Below are positions 1 to 6,320 of a stretch of 37,139 nt of DNA, piece after piece. A program made the translations under genes and the position numbers. A model generated the notes under the pieces. It had not been told where the DNA came from. It ran no database searches and was given only the letters and a program-made list of their open reading frames with translations. Within the stretch, counting starts at the first letter, position 1, and the number at the start of each line of letters is the position of its first letter. The stretch is from a virus. Taxonomy: Duplodnaviria; Caudoviricetes. The DNA is taken from positions 1 through 37,139 of IMG/VR virus record IMGVR_UViG_3300014657_000001. One strand, given 5' to 3'.

Positions 1-123
1 CATTGGGATTTTGCCGCTCGCGGAACTGGAACACGAGCAACCGCTATACGCGCGTCCCCGCATCAAGGAACTGATGGCGCAGGAACGGCAACGCAAATCC
101 GCAGAGCCGCCGATACCGGCGCA
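1..123. repeat. Terminal direct repeat, copy 1 (identical to 37017-37139); circular-assembly overlap
   Basis: Exact 123-bp identity read directly; an ORF runs in frame through the junction. Confidence 0.95.
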
Positions 124-370
124 ATTGCAAGGCGAAATGGCGTACGCGGCGCGCTGCCATGCCGCTGCAAGCCGGTTGCTTGCCGAAGGCTCCGCGATTC
201 ACGGCGATGCCCTTGCCGACCCACGCACCGTTGAGGAATTGCGTGCAGCGTTGGCCGAATTGACCGCACGATGCGATGGCGAGGAAGGCGTCAGGGCAGA
301 CGGATCGAACATTCAAACGATGCGCGCTCATGCCGCGCTCGCCGCCGCACCGAACGCACAGGAGGAATGA
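11..370 (+). CDS. 3' part of a ~261-aa modular Ea/Ead-like protein that starts at 36601 and wraps across the join
   Basis: Position 11 equals 37027, which is in frame with ATG 36601; ends AAAPNAQEE* like 36156-36491. Confidence 0.8.
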   Translation: MPLAELEHEQPLYARPRIKELMAQERQRKSAEPPIPAQLQGEMAYAARCHAAASRLLAEGSAIHGDALADPRTVEELRAALAELTARCDGEEGVRADGSNIQTMRAHAALAAAPNAQEE

Positions 371-372
371 TG
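337..372 (+). repeat. 36-bp direct repeat R1, copy 2 (gene end + GGAGG RBS + next start)
   Basis: GCTCGCCGCCGCACCGAACGCACAGGAGGAATGATG identical to 36458-36493. Confidence 0.95.
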
Positions 373-636
373 GAAAAAGAATACGTCGTTTGGCGCCCCG
401 ATCAAGGCCAAGAGGAAGAAGACGGACACAAAATCCGATGTCGCGACGACGAATATACCGCCGCCGAACTTTGGGCCGATTGGAGCGATTGGAACAGCGC
501 TGACTACAGCATCGTCAAAGGAAACGACGCCACAGTTTTGGTGCGCCGGATAGACAAACCGGGCTGCAAAATCTTCAAATTCAACGTGACCGGCGAGTCG
601 GTTCGCCAGTACTACGCTGCGATTGCAAAGCCATGA
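367..636 (+). CDS. Hypothetical phage protein (MMEKEYVVWRPDQ...AIAKP, 89 aa)
   Basis: GGAGG RBS, ATGA overlap with upstream stop, acidic/aromatic composition. Confidence 0.8.
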   Translation: MMEKEYVVWRPDQGQEEEDGHKIRCRDDEYTAAELWADWSDWNSADYSIVKGNDATVLVRRIDKPGCKIFKFNVTGESVRQYYAAIAKP

Positions 637-655
637 AAGACGCGCCGATCAATCT
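628..655 (+). repeat. 28-bp direct repeat R2, copy 2
   Basis: AAGCCATGAAAGACGCGCCGATCAATCT, 27/28 identical to 36596-36623. Confidence 0.9.
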
Positions 656-722
656 ACCTGCCCCATCGCCCGCAGAGCCGCCTGCCGCTCCCGAAGATCA
701 GAAGCAAGGGGACGAACGATGA
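633..722 (+). CDS. 29-aa linker-only mini-ORF MKDAPINLPAPSPAEPPAAPEDQKQGDER (deletion derivative of the 36601 gene)
   Basis: ATGA overlaps at both ends; shares start and SPAEP linker DNA with the 36601 ORF. Confidence 0.6.
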   Translation: MKDAPINLPAPSPAEPPAAPEDQKQGDER

Positions 723-1222
723 AACCTTTGGTTACCCATGAACGGTTGAAGGAATTGCTTTCCTACGATCCAGAAACAGGAATCTTTACGTGGAAAGTAA
801 CTCGCGGATGGGTGAAAGCTGGCGACGAAGCGGGCAGCGTTTTTAATAACGATTACGTCCGCATCGGGATTGATGAAAAGTTCTACAAGCGGTCTAGGCT
901 GGCTTGGTTTTACGTTCATGGCGTCTGGCCCAAGGAACTCATCGACCATAAGAACGGCGTTAAATCCGACGACAGATTAAGCAACCTTCGGGAAGCAACA
1001 AAGGCAGAAAACAACCGTAACGCCCAACGTTTCAAGAAAAACGCAACCGGGTTGAGAGGCGTGCATTGGAGAAAAAATATAGGCCGTTGGGAAGCCAGAA
1101 TAAGAAATGGTAACGGCAACATTTATCTTGGGTATTTCCAAACCAAAGAGGAAGCCCACAAAGCCTATTGCGAGGCATCCGCAAAATTGCATGGGGAGTT
1201 TTCATGTCTGAATCGACTGTAA
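719..1222 (+). CDS. HNH endonuclease with C-terminal AP2-like domain
   Basis: LKELLSYDPETGIFTW N-terminus; IDHKNGVKSDDRLSNLREAT HNH_3 motif; GLRGVHW...W.ARI...YLGYF.T.EEA AP2 motif. Confidence 0.95.
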   Translation: MKPLVTHERLKELLSYDPETGIFTWKVTRGWVKAGDEAGSVFNNDYVRIGIDEKFYKRSRLAWFYVHGVWPKELIDHKNGVKSDDRLSNLREATKAENNRNAQRFKKNATGLRGVHWRKNIGRWEARIRNGNGNIYLGYFQTKEEAHKAYCEASAKLHGEFSCLNRL

Positions 1223-1608
1223 CCAACACCAGCGCTCCCGCACAGCAGGAGCCGGTGGCGTGGCGCGGTACTTGCAAGTCTATGCCGCAGCCGGACTGGA
1301 CGTATGAAACGGAGCGCGGGTATCTGGTTGAGTTTGGCTGCGACCACATTGAGCCGCTCTACACCCACCCATCGGCAGACCTGCGGGCGGAGCTTGAGCA
1401 ATACAAAGAACTGGCTCGTACAGCCTGCCTCGGATCGCAAGAAGAACAGGACAAGCGCTTGGCTGCGGAGGCCGAGCGCGACAGTTTGCGGGCGCTGCTA
1501 TGGAATTGCCGCGATGCGCTGGACGAAATTGACCGCCAGCCGCACATGGAAACAGCAAGCCGATTGATCGAACGCATCGACGCCCTCTCAAAGGAACGCC
1601 ATGAGTGA
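1204..1608 (+). CDS. Ea22/Eaa-like modular early protein with coiled-coil C-terminus
   Basis: QQEPVAW and PLYTHP motifs typical of lambdoid Ea/Ead proteins; GGGGAG RBS. Confidence 0.75.
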   Translation: MSESTVTNTSAPAQQEPVAWRGTCKSMPQPDWTYETERGYLVEFGCDHIEPLYTHPSADLRAELEQYKELARTACLGSQEEQDKRLAAEAERDSLRALLWNCRDALDEIDRQPHMETASRLIERIDALSKERHE

Positions 1609-1759
1609 AGTTCTGCAATTCAATTCCGAGTACCGCAGCCCAGAGCAGATATTTGCCGACATTACAAAGGCGCTACCAAATGCCCGCAACTGCATCATCT
1701 TTCTTTTCGACGCCAGCCCTAAAGGTTTTGGTAGGTACACTGGTAACGATGATAACTAG
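1601..1759 (+). CDS. Small hypothetical protein (52 aa, MSEVLQFNSEYRSPEQIF...)
   Basis: AAGGA RBS; overlaps the upstream stop; fills the operon gap. Confidence 0.6.
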   Translation: MSEVLQFNSEYRSPEQIFADITKALPNARNCIIFLFDASPKGFGRYTGNDDN

Positions 1760-1767
1760 GAGGCATC

Positions 1768-2121
1768 ATGATGATAAATGACGGTCATACCCATCACTAC
1801 GGTTGCATTTGCCGTGAGGCTTACGTTCGCAGCCTGGAAAAGCAGTGTGCCGATCTACTACGAGCTATAGACCATCTTAATAGCGCGGTTTCAGTAACTC
1901 TTGGTGAAGGGAAGGAGCAAGTAATCGACAATGGCTTGAGCAAGCTTGCCACGCCAGGTCAAAGCCTCCGTAGCTATGTTATGAGCCATACGTTTGCTGA
2001 GAGTGAGCGTTTGCATGGTGGGCAATTGGACGAACACGGCTGTTCCGACGCTGACATTGAGGCAAACATCAAATGTCAAAAACACCAACCCCACCCACCA
2101 TATCATCAATTTCCCAAGTAA
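1768..2121 (+). CDS. Hypothetical protein; 3' part overlaps the opposite-strand gene
   Basis: GGAGG RBS; HTHHYGCICR N-terminus followed by a helical segment. Confidence 0.55.
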   Translation: MMINDGHTHHYGCICREAYVRSLEKQCADLLRAIDHLNSAVSVTLGEGKEQVIDNGLSKLATPGQSLRSYVMSHTFAESERLHGGQLDEHGCSDADIEANIKCQKHQPHPPYHQFPK

Positions 2122-2220
2122 AGGTACTTTTACCCATCCAAGATTCATTACTGATGCGTACGTTAAAAAACAGGAGTAGAACAACGAAAGAGCTATATAG
2201 ACATAGAGAATCCAAATCAT
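1891..2220 (-). CDS. Membrane protein (2 predicted TM segments), phage family of unknown function
   Basis: GAAGGAG RBS; hydrophobic helices; DV..N..VGT..F.QLP...TLS.R...WR..LA pattern. Confidence 0.75.
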   Translation of the reverse strand: MIWILYVYIALSLFYSCFLTYASVMNLGWVKVPLLGKLMIWWVGLVFLTFDVCLNVSVGTAVFVQLPTMQTLTLSKRMAHNIATEALTWRGKLAQAIVDYLLLPFTKSY

Positions 2221-2327
2221 AATTGCTTTACTCCTTCGACATTACGAGTTGCTTTCCGTGCTCTCCAAGCGGCTATCTTGCATGTCAGACACTCTCTTAT
2301 CTTTCTGGCCATCTCATTTATTATCAT
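2217..2327 (-). CDS. Small basic protein (36 aa, MIINEMARKIRECLTCKIAAWRARK...)
   Basis: Stop overlaps the start of 1891-2220 (ATGA); CxxC motif. Confidence 0.45.
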   Translation of the reverse strand: MIINEMARKIRECLTCKIAAWRARKATRNVEGVKQL

Positions 2328-2404
2328 CCCGCCTTCAAGTGTGTTTCACCGCACAGTCACGCACTAGGGTCTAGCATAGTCTAGGTTTTCCAAAGGAGCA
2401 TCAA

Positions 2405-2734
2405 ATGACTATCGCCACTATTGCCACCCTCTCTGCCACCCCGGCAGCTACCCCAATCCCCGCAGGCTCCGCAGCCTTCGGCCATTGGAACTTTGATTTC
2501 GTCGATTCGGCGGGAACCAAGGCTCCGACTCAAACCGGCGATGGCGTTACCGTCATGTCCGCCAACTTCCCGGTCTCGGCTTCTGCGGCTGGATTGGCTA
2601 CTTTCACGATCACCGCAGTTGATTCCACCGGAACGGTAATGGGTATTCCTGTAACTGTTACCGCCACCCTTCCCTTTACCATCGTTCCAGCGACATTTCC
2701 TGCGCCTACCGCTGCAACCCTGACGTTTGCGTGA
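2405..2734 (+). CDS. Ala/Thr/Pro-rich beta-sandwich (Ig-like) protein
   Basis: AAGGAG RBS; TFTITAVDSTG Ig-like strand motif. Confidence 0.7.
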   Translation: MTIATIATLSATPAATPIPAGSAAFGHWNFDFVDSAGTKAPTQTGDGVTVMSANFPVSASAAGLATFTITAVDSTGTVMGIPVTVTATLPFTIVPATFPAPTAATLTFA

Positions 2735-2862
2735 TGGTCAAGAGCCTGTGGGGATACTGGAGGCTAATCGAACGCCTCTTGGTCTGGATATGGTCTCATC
2801 ATGGCCACCGCCATCGTAAGACCTATCCAGCCCCATCTTCTGCGTCAGTGACCTTCAAGTAA
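2734..2862 (+). CDS. 42-aa protein MVKSLWGYWRLIERLLVWIWSHHGHRHRKTYPAPSSASVTFK
   Basis: TGATG coupling to the upstream gene; C-terminus parallels the upstream C-terminus. Confidence 0.6.
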   Translation: MVKSLWGYWRLIERLLVWIWSHHGHRHRKTYPAPSSASVTFK

Positions 2863-3064
2863 GCTCTCGCATGATCTTCACGGTTACGGCAATCTCTACA
2901 AGTCCTACGTATTCCCTTCCCGTCTTTAGGTCTTGAGAATGCGCGGATTTGTAGAGGTTGATGGTTTTACCGACCGGCATATGTCCCCTTCCGGCCTTGC
3001 GTAGAGCGCTATTACATAGCCTCTCAAATGTCACGTCATCGTGGACGGTGAAGGCTTCGGACAC
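2855..3064 (-). CDS. Hypothetical protein
   Basis: ORF immediately after the holin, last in the late operon. Confidence 0.55.
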   Translation of the reverse strand: MSEAFTVHDDVTFERLCNSALRKAGRGHMPVGKTINLYKSAHSQDLKTGREYVGLVEIAVTVKIMRELT

Positions 3065-3065
3065 G

Positions 3066-3476
3066 CTATTTTGTGCCTTTTATCTGCTCATTCATGTGCA
3101 TGCCCCCAAGACCTAACAGGCCCAGGAGCATCGGGATCGTGGTTGATGTATCAACGGACGGAAGTGTAATAGGATGGCCTGCCAACGCGCATCCCCATTC
3201 TATTGGCGACTTCAAAGCCGTAAGAGCGAACCCGGCTACGCAGGTCCATCCAGCCCCATCCCGGAACGTGATACCTGGCTTTGCTTCAGCAGCTGCGTTG
3301 GCCTGAATCTGGCTTAAATTAAGCTGAAACTGCTGATCCATTTCCTTGAACAAGCCAGAATTCTGAGCTTGCAGGATTGCCGCCTCGGCTTCTGCCTTCT
3401 TGGCTGGATCAGGCCAAATCTTGTCGATCCCATCTTTCAGCAGATCAGCAACAGAGGTAATTCCAAGCAGATCCAT
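3066..3476 (-). CDS. Holin (GTA-type 'holin of 3TMs' family)
   Basis: IDKIWPDPAKKAEA, QIQANAAAEA, FRDGAGW, MLLGLLGLGG motifs; next to the endolysin. Confidence 0.85.
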   Translation of the reverse strand: MDLLGITSVADLLKDGIDKIWPDPAKKAEAEAAILQAQNSGLFKEMDQQFQLNLSQIQANAAAEAKPGITFRDGAGWTCVAGFALTALKSPIEWGCALAGHPITLPSVDTSTTIPMLLGLLGLGGMHMNEQIKGTK

Positions 3477-3494
3477 ATGCGATCCTTAGCGACT

Positions 3495-3920
3495 TTATGC
3501 TACCGGCATAAGCCTTGCACCAGCATCTAGCTGCGCAAGACTCAATCCCTGGGTGTATTGGACGTGGGCAAGTTCTCGAAAAGTTGTCCATCGTCCAGCC
3601 CATTCCATTCCCAATCCTTCAGCAATAACGCCAACTCTTTCAAACAATCCGGCATCGTTCCAATCGCATTTCCCGTTGACGAGTGGGCAGAAGTCAAGAG
3701 CGACCCGATAGTTGTGGAAGGATTGCCCCCCTCTGGCGTTGGTGACGATGTTTCCTGGGGTGGTACGTCCTTGGGCGTATAGGGCATTTTGGGACTCGAT
3801 ATCTCGGTAGGTGGATGTAACCAGCAGGTCTATGCCTTGTGCGATACAAGCGGCTATTAGGGCCTCTGCTTTGGCTTTTACGATGGGGTCAAGGTCGTCA
3901 AGACTGCGGCTGTTGATCAT
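3495..3920 (-). CDS. Endolysin, peptidase M15 (L-Ala-D-Glu/VanY-like)
   Basis: TYRD..SQNALYAQGRT.PG.IVTNARGGQSFHNY..A.D and E..HVQ zinc-site motifs. Confidence 0.93.
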   Translation of the reverse strand: MINSRSLDDLDPIVKAKAEALIAACIAQGIDLLVTSTYRDIESQNALYAQGRTTPGNIVTNARGGQSFHNYRVALDFCPLVNGKCDWNDAGLFERVGVIAEGLGMEWAGRWTTFRELAHVQYTQGLSLAQLDAGARLMPVA

Positions 3921-4111
3921 TTCTTCAGCGCCTCTTTGGCCGCGTCCCAAATAAAAGCCATGACGCCGCTCGACCCAACAATGAGGGCGATTGCCCGGAG
4001 CGCCACACGCGAGAGTTGAAGTTGTATACGTTCCCAGATTGCTTGTACGAGGTCCTCGTACTCGTCGTGGGAGAGCCTGCCTTGTCGTCTGCGTTCATCT
4101 CTGGTGTCCAC
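3917..4111 (-). CDS. Small single-TM protein (holin/antiholin-like)
   Basis: ERRR N-terminus, one C-terminal TM segment, ATGA coupling to the endolysin. Confidence 0.6.
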   Translation of the reverse strand: MDTRDERRRQGRLSHDEYEDLVQAIWERIQLQLSRVALRAIALIVGSSGVMAFIWDAAKEALKK

Positions 4112-4170
4112 TTTGCGATCCTATTCATTGCATACTCGCCTTGAATTTTAAGAGCAATTGCGTATTAACG

Positions 4171-5127
4171 CTATCTAACCATTTCCACTAGAACAATGTT
4201 GGAAGTAATGCTAGTAGTTCCAGCAGAATTGACAATACTGATGCCAAGCTGGTTATTTATCGTAGTGTTAACCGTTCCGCCACCGGAACCTATTTCACCA
4301 GATCCAGAGTTGATACCAGTCGTTCCTTGATTGAACAGCCAACCGTACACAGTGAAAGTCCCTGAAGAACCAGTGGTGGCAGAGAAAATATCGAAATCCA
4401 AGATGAATGGAATGTTCGTTCCAGTAGTAGCGGACGTAAGCGTCAATGCCCCTAATGCTGTGTCGGCAGTAGTGCCATTAGGACCGCATCTGACGTTTAG
4501 GTGAACTGTGTTAGCAGCGCTGGACGTGCAAACGCCCCAAACCTTTATCCTGTAATGCTGGTTTGAACCTATGGTGTTTGCCGGTATCTGCAATGGCAAG
4601 CCCATGTACATTTCTACCGTCGTCACAGGCCCGTAGTTCGTGTTTGTGCCAGCGGCAGACGATTCAATGAGAACACCGTTAACGGCACCAGTAACTGACA
4701 GGGCTCCGCCTATTGTCTCGTTTCCTGCTACAGCGTTATTCCCACCTATAGAAGAATTCCCCGTTACCGTAAGAGACGATCCTTCCAGCGCAAGACCGCT
4801 TGTGGTCAGATCATTTATTCCGACAAGGTTATCCCACGTTCCATTGGGAATAGGGTTTCCTTGGCTATCTTGCAGAACCATCTTGTAGCTGAAACCTGGA
4901 ATCCACCAAATCTCATACGGTGGGCGCCCGTCGCTTTGCAGAACAATCGGATTGGTGTTTGCAATCGTTCCTGCACTGGTGGTGTATGTCGTTACAGGCG
5001 TGGTCGTTCCAGCTTGGTATATGTATAGCAGGCCAGCAGATAGCGGGACGTTAGGGCTTGAGGCAGCAGTATTACCGCCAAAGAACTGTTGGCCTGCTCC
5101 TAGAGGGCTTAATACGACTGTAGTCAT
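4171..5127 (-). CDS. Tail fibre/receptor-binding protein 2
   Basis: PLSAGLLYIYQAGTTTP...NTNPIVL..DGR.P.EIW...YK.VLQD virion-attachment domain; beta-rich C-terminus. Confidence 0.85.
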   Translation of the reverse strand: MTTVVLSPLGAGQQFFGGNTAASSPNVPLSAGLLYIYQAGTTTPVTTYTTSAGTIANTNPIVLQSDGRPPYEIWWIPGFSYKMVLQDSQGNPIPNGTWDNLVGINDLTTSGLALEGSSLTVTGNSSIGGNNAVAGNETIGGALSVTGAVNGVLIESSAAGTNTNYGPVTTVEMYMGLPLQIPANTIGSNQHYRIKVWGVCTSSAANTVHLNVRCGPNGTTADTALGALTLTSATTGTNIPFILDFDIFSATTGSSGTFTVYGWLFNQGTTGINSGSGEIGSGGGTVNTTINNQLGISIVNSAGTTSITSNIVLVEMVR

Positions 5128-6245
5128 CAGAATAGTTGTACCACGGAAAATGAAGCGCCATCAGAAGCCCCGCCTAACCATGATGTTAAAGTAGTGCTAT
5201 TTGTAATGTTTGAAATAGTTGCAGTTTGCCCTGCTGTAGCCGACACCATTGCTGCTCCGCTTGCTACAAAATTAACCGAATTCGCGACGAAACAGGATGA
5301 CCCAGGAATAGCAACGCTATTTACAAGAAAATTGAATCCTACTGATTCAGTAACTCCAGTGATATTCGTTATGAATCCAGAACATGTCAGAAGATAGACG
5401 CCAGTATTTGGAAATGTGTAGACACCCGTAGCACTGTTGTAATTTGTTCCCCCTTGCTGCTCGTCTATAGTATTAAAAATGACGGTCGCAAAGAATCCAA
5501 AATTGGTGTTCGTTGAAAGATGCGCCTTAAAAAATGGTTGTGCTGTACTAGACCAAGTGCTAGCGCCACTTATCGTCGCATTAGGCAGAGTTGCAGAAGT
5601 AGTCGCTGTAAGGACGGTTGCGGTTAATGGATAAGGCATAACGCCTGGAACGCTAGGATGCGATCCATTAAGGAAGCCTACGTTTACTTGGGATAGGCCA
5701 CCATCTAAGGCCATCCCCGTATCCATCAACAGTGTAACTAACGTGCTAGTAGTGAATGCAGAAGCCGTTACAGTTCCATAAACCGTCCCTGCCGTTACAA
5801 GTGCCTGTACCCGTCTGCCAATCTGGAACGTGCTAGTAGTATTTCCCGGAGTCGTGAAAGACGTAGCGCTAACGAATGTCGGCACAAACCCGGTAGATAC
5901 CCATTCACTAACGCCACCGCTTCCCGATGTATCGTTTATCCCAATGATGTTATCTAGCGTCCCATTGGGGATATTGTTTCCCTGCGAATCCTGCAAGACG
6001 AACTTGTATGCCCCTCCAGCAGCAAGCCAGATAGCGCCAGGCACACGCCCGTCAGGGCCGAGTACAATCGGATTAGTCCACGCTATACCGGCATTCGTGG
6101 TATAGACTGGCGTTGGAGTTACGGTTCCGGCAGAATACGTCCAGAGCAATCCACCGGATAAAGGATTGTTCGGGGTCGAGGCGGCAGTATTGGAGCCAAA
6201 ATTGCTGAACCAATTTGCAACGGGCGCGAGGTTGTAGGAGGACAT
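5127..6245 (-). CDS. Tail fibre/receptor-binding protein 1 with C-terminal C1q-like domain
   Basis: Paralogous N-terminal attachment domain; C-terminal F.A...VIFN......NYNSATGVYTFP.TGVYL...SFS.VQL pattern. Confidence 0.85.
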   Translation of the reverse strand: MSSYNLAPVANWFSNFGSNTAASTPNNPLSGGLLWTYSAGTVTPTPVYTTNAGIAWTNPIVLGPDGRVPGAIWLAAGGAYKFVLQDSQGNNIPNGTLDNIIGINDTSGSGGVSEWVSTGFVPTFVSATSFTTPGNTTSTFQIGRRVQALVTAGTVYGTVTASAFTTSTLVTLLMDTGMALDGGLSQVNVGFLNGSHPSVPGVMPYPLTATVLTATTSATLPNATISGASTWSSTAQPFFKAHLSTNTNFGFFATVIFNTIDEQQGGTNYNSATGVYTFPNTGVYLLTCSGFITNITGVTESVGFNFLVNSVAIPGSSCFVANSVNFVASGAAMVSATAGQTATISNITNSTTLTSWLGGASDGASFSVVQLF

Positions 6246-6320
6246 ATGCTCTATCTACTCGGATTGGCGCTTTTCATCGCTATCGAATTCATTTACTGGC
6301 TGACGGTGGAACGTAGTTAA
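6246..6320 (+). CDS. 24-aa single-TM peptide MLYLLGLALFIAIEFIYWLTVERS, antisense to the late operon
   Basis: AGGAGG at 6236-6241 just upstream of ATG; one hydrophobic helix. Confidence 0.5.
   Translation: MLYLLGLALFIAIEFIYWLTVERS

Noticed and set aside
4171-6245. Diversity-generating retroelement acting on the tail genes
   Set aside because: No reverse transcriptase and no adenine-specific template/variable repeat pair noticed; similarity is limited to the N-terminal anchors
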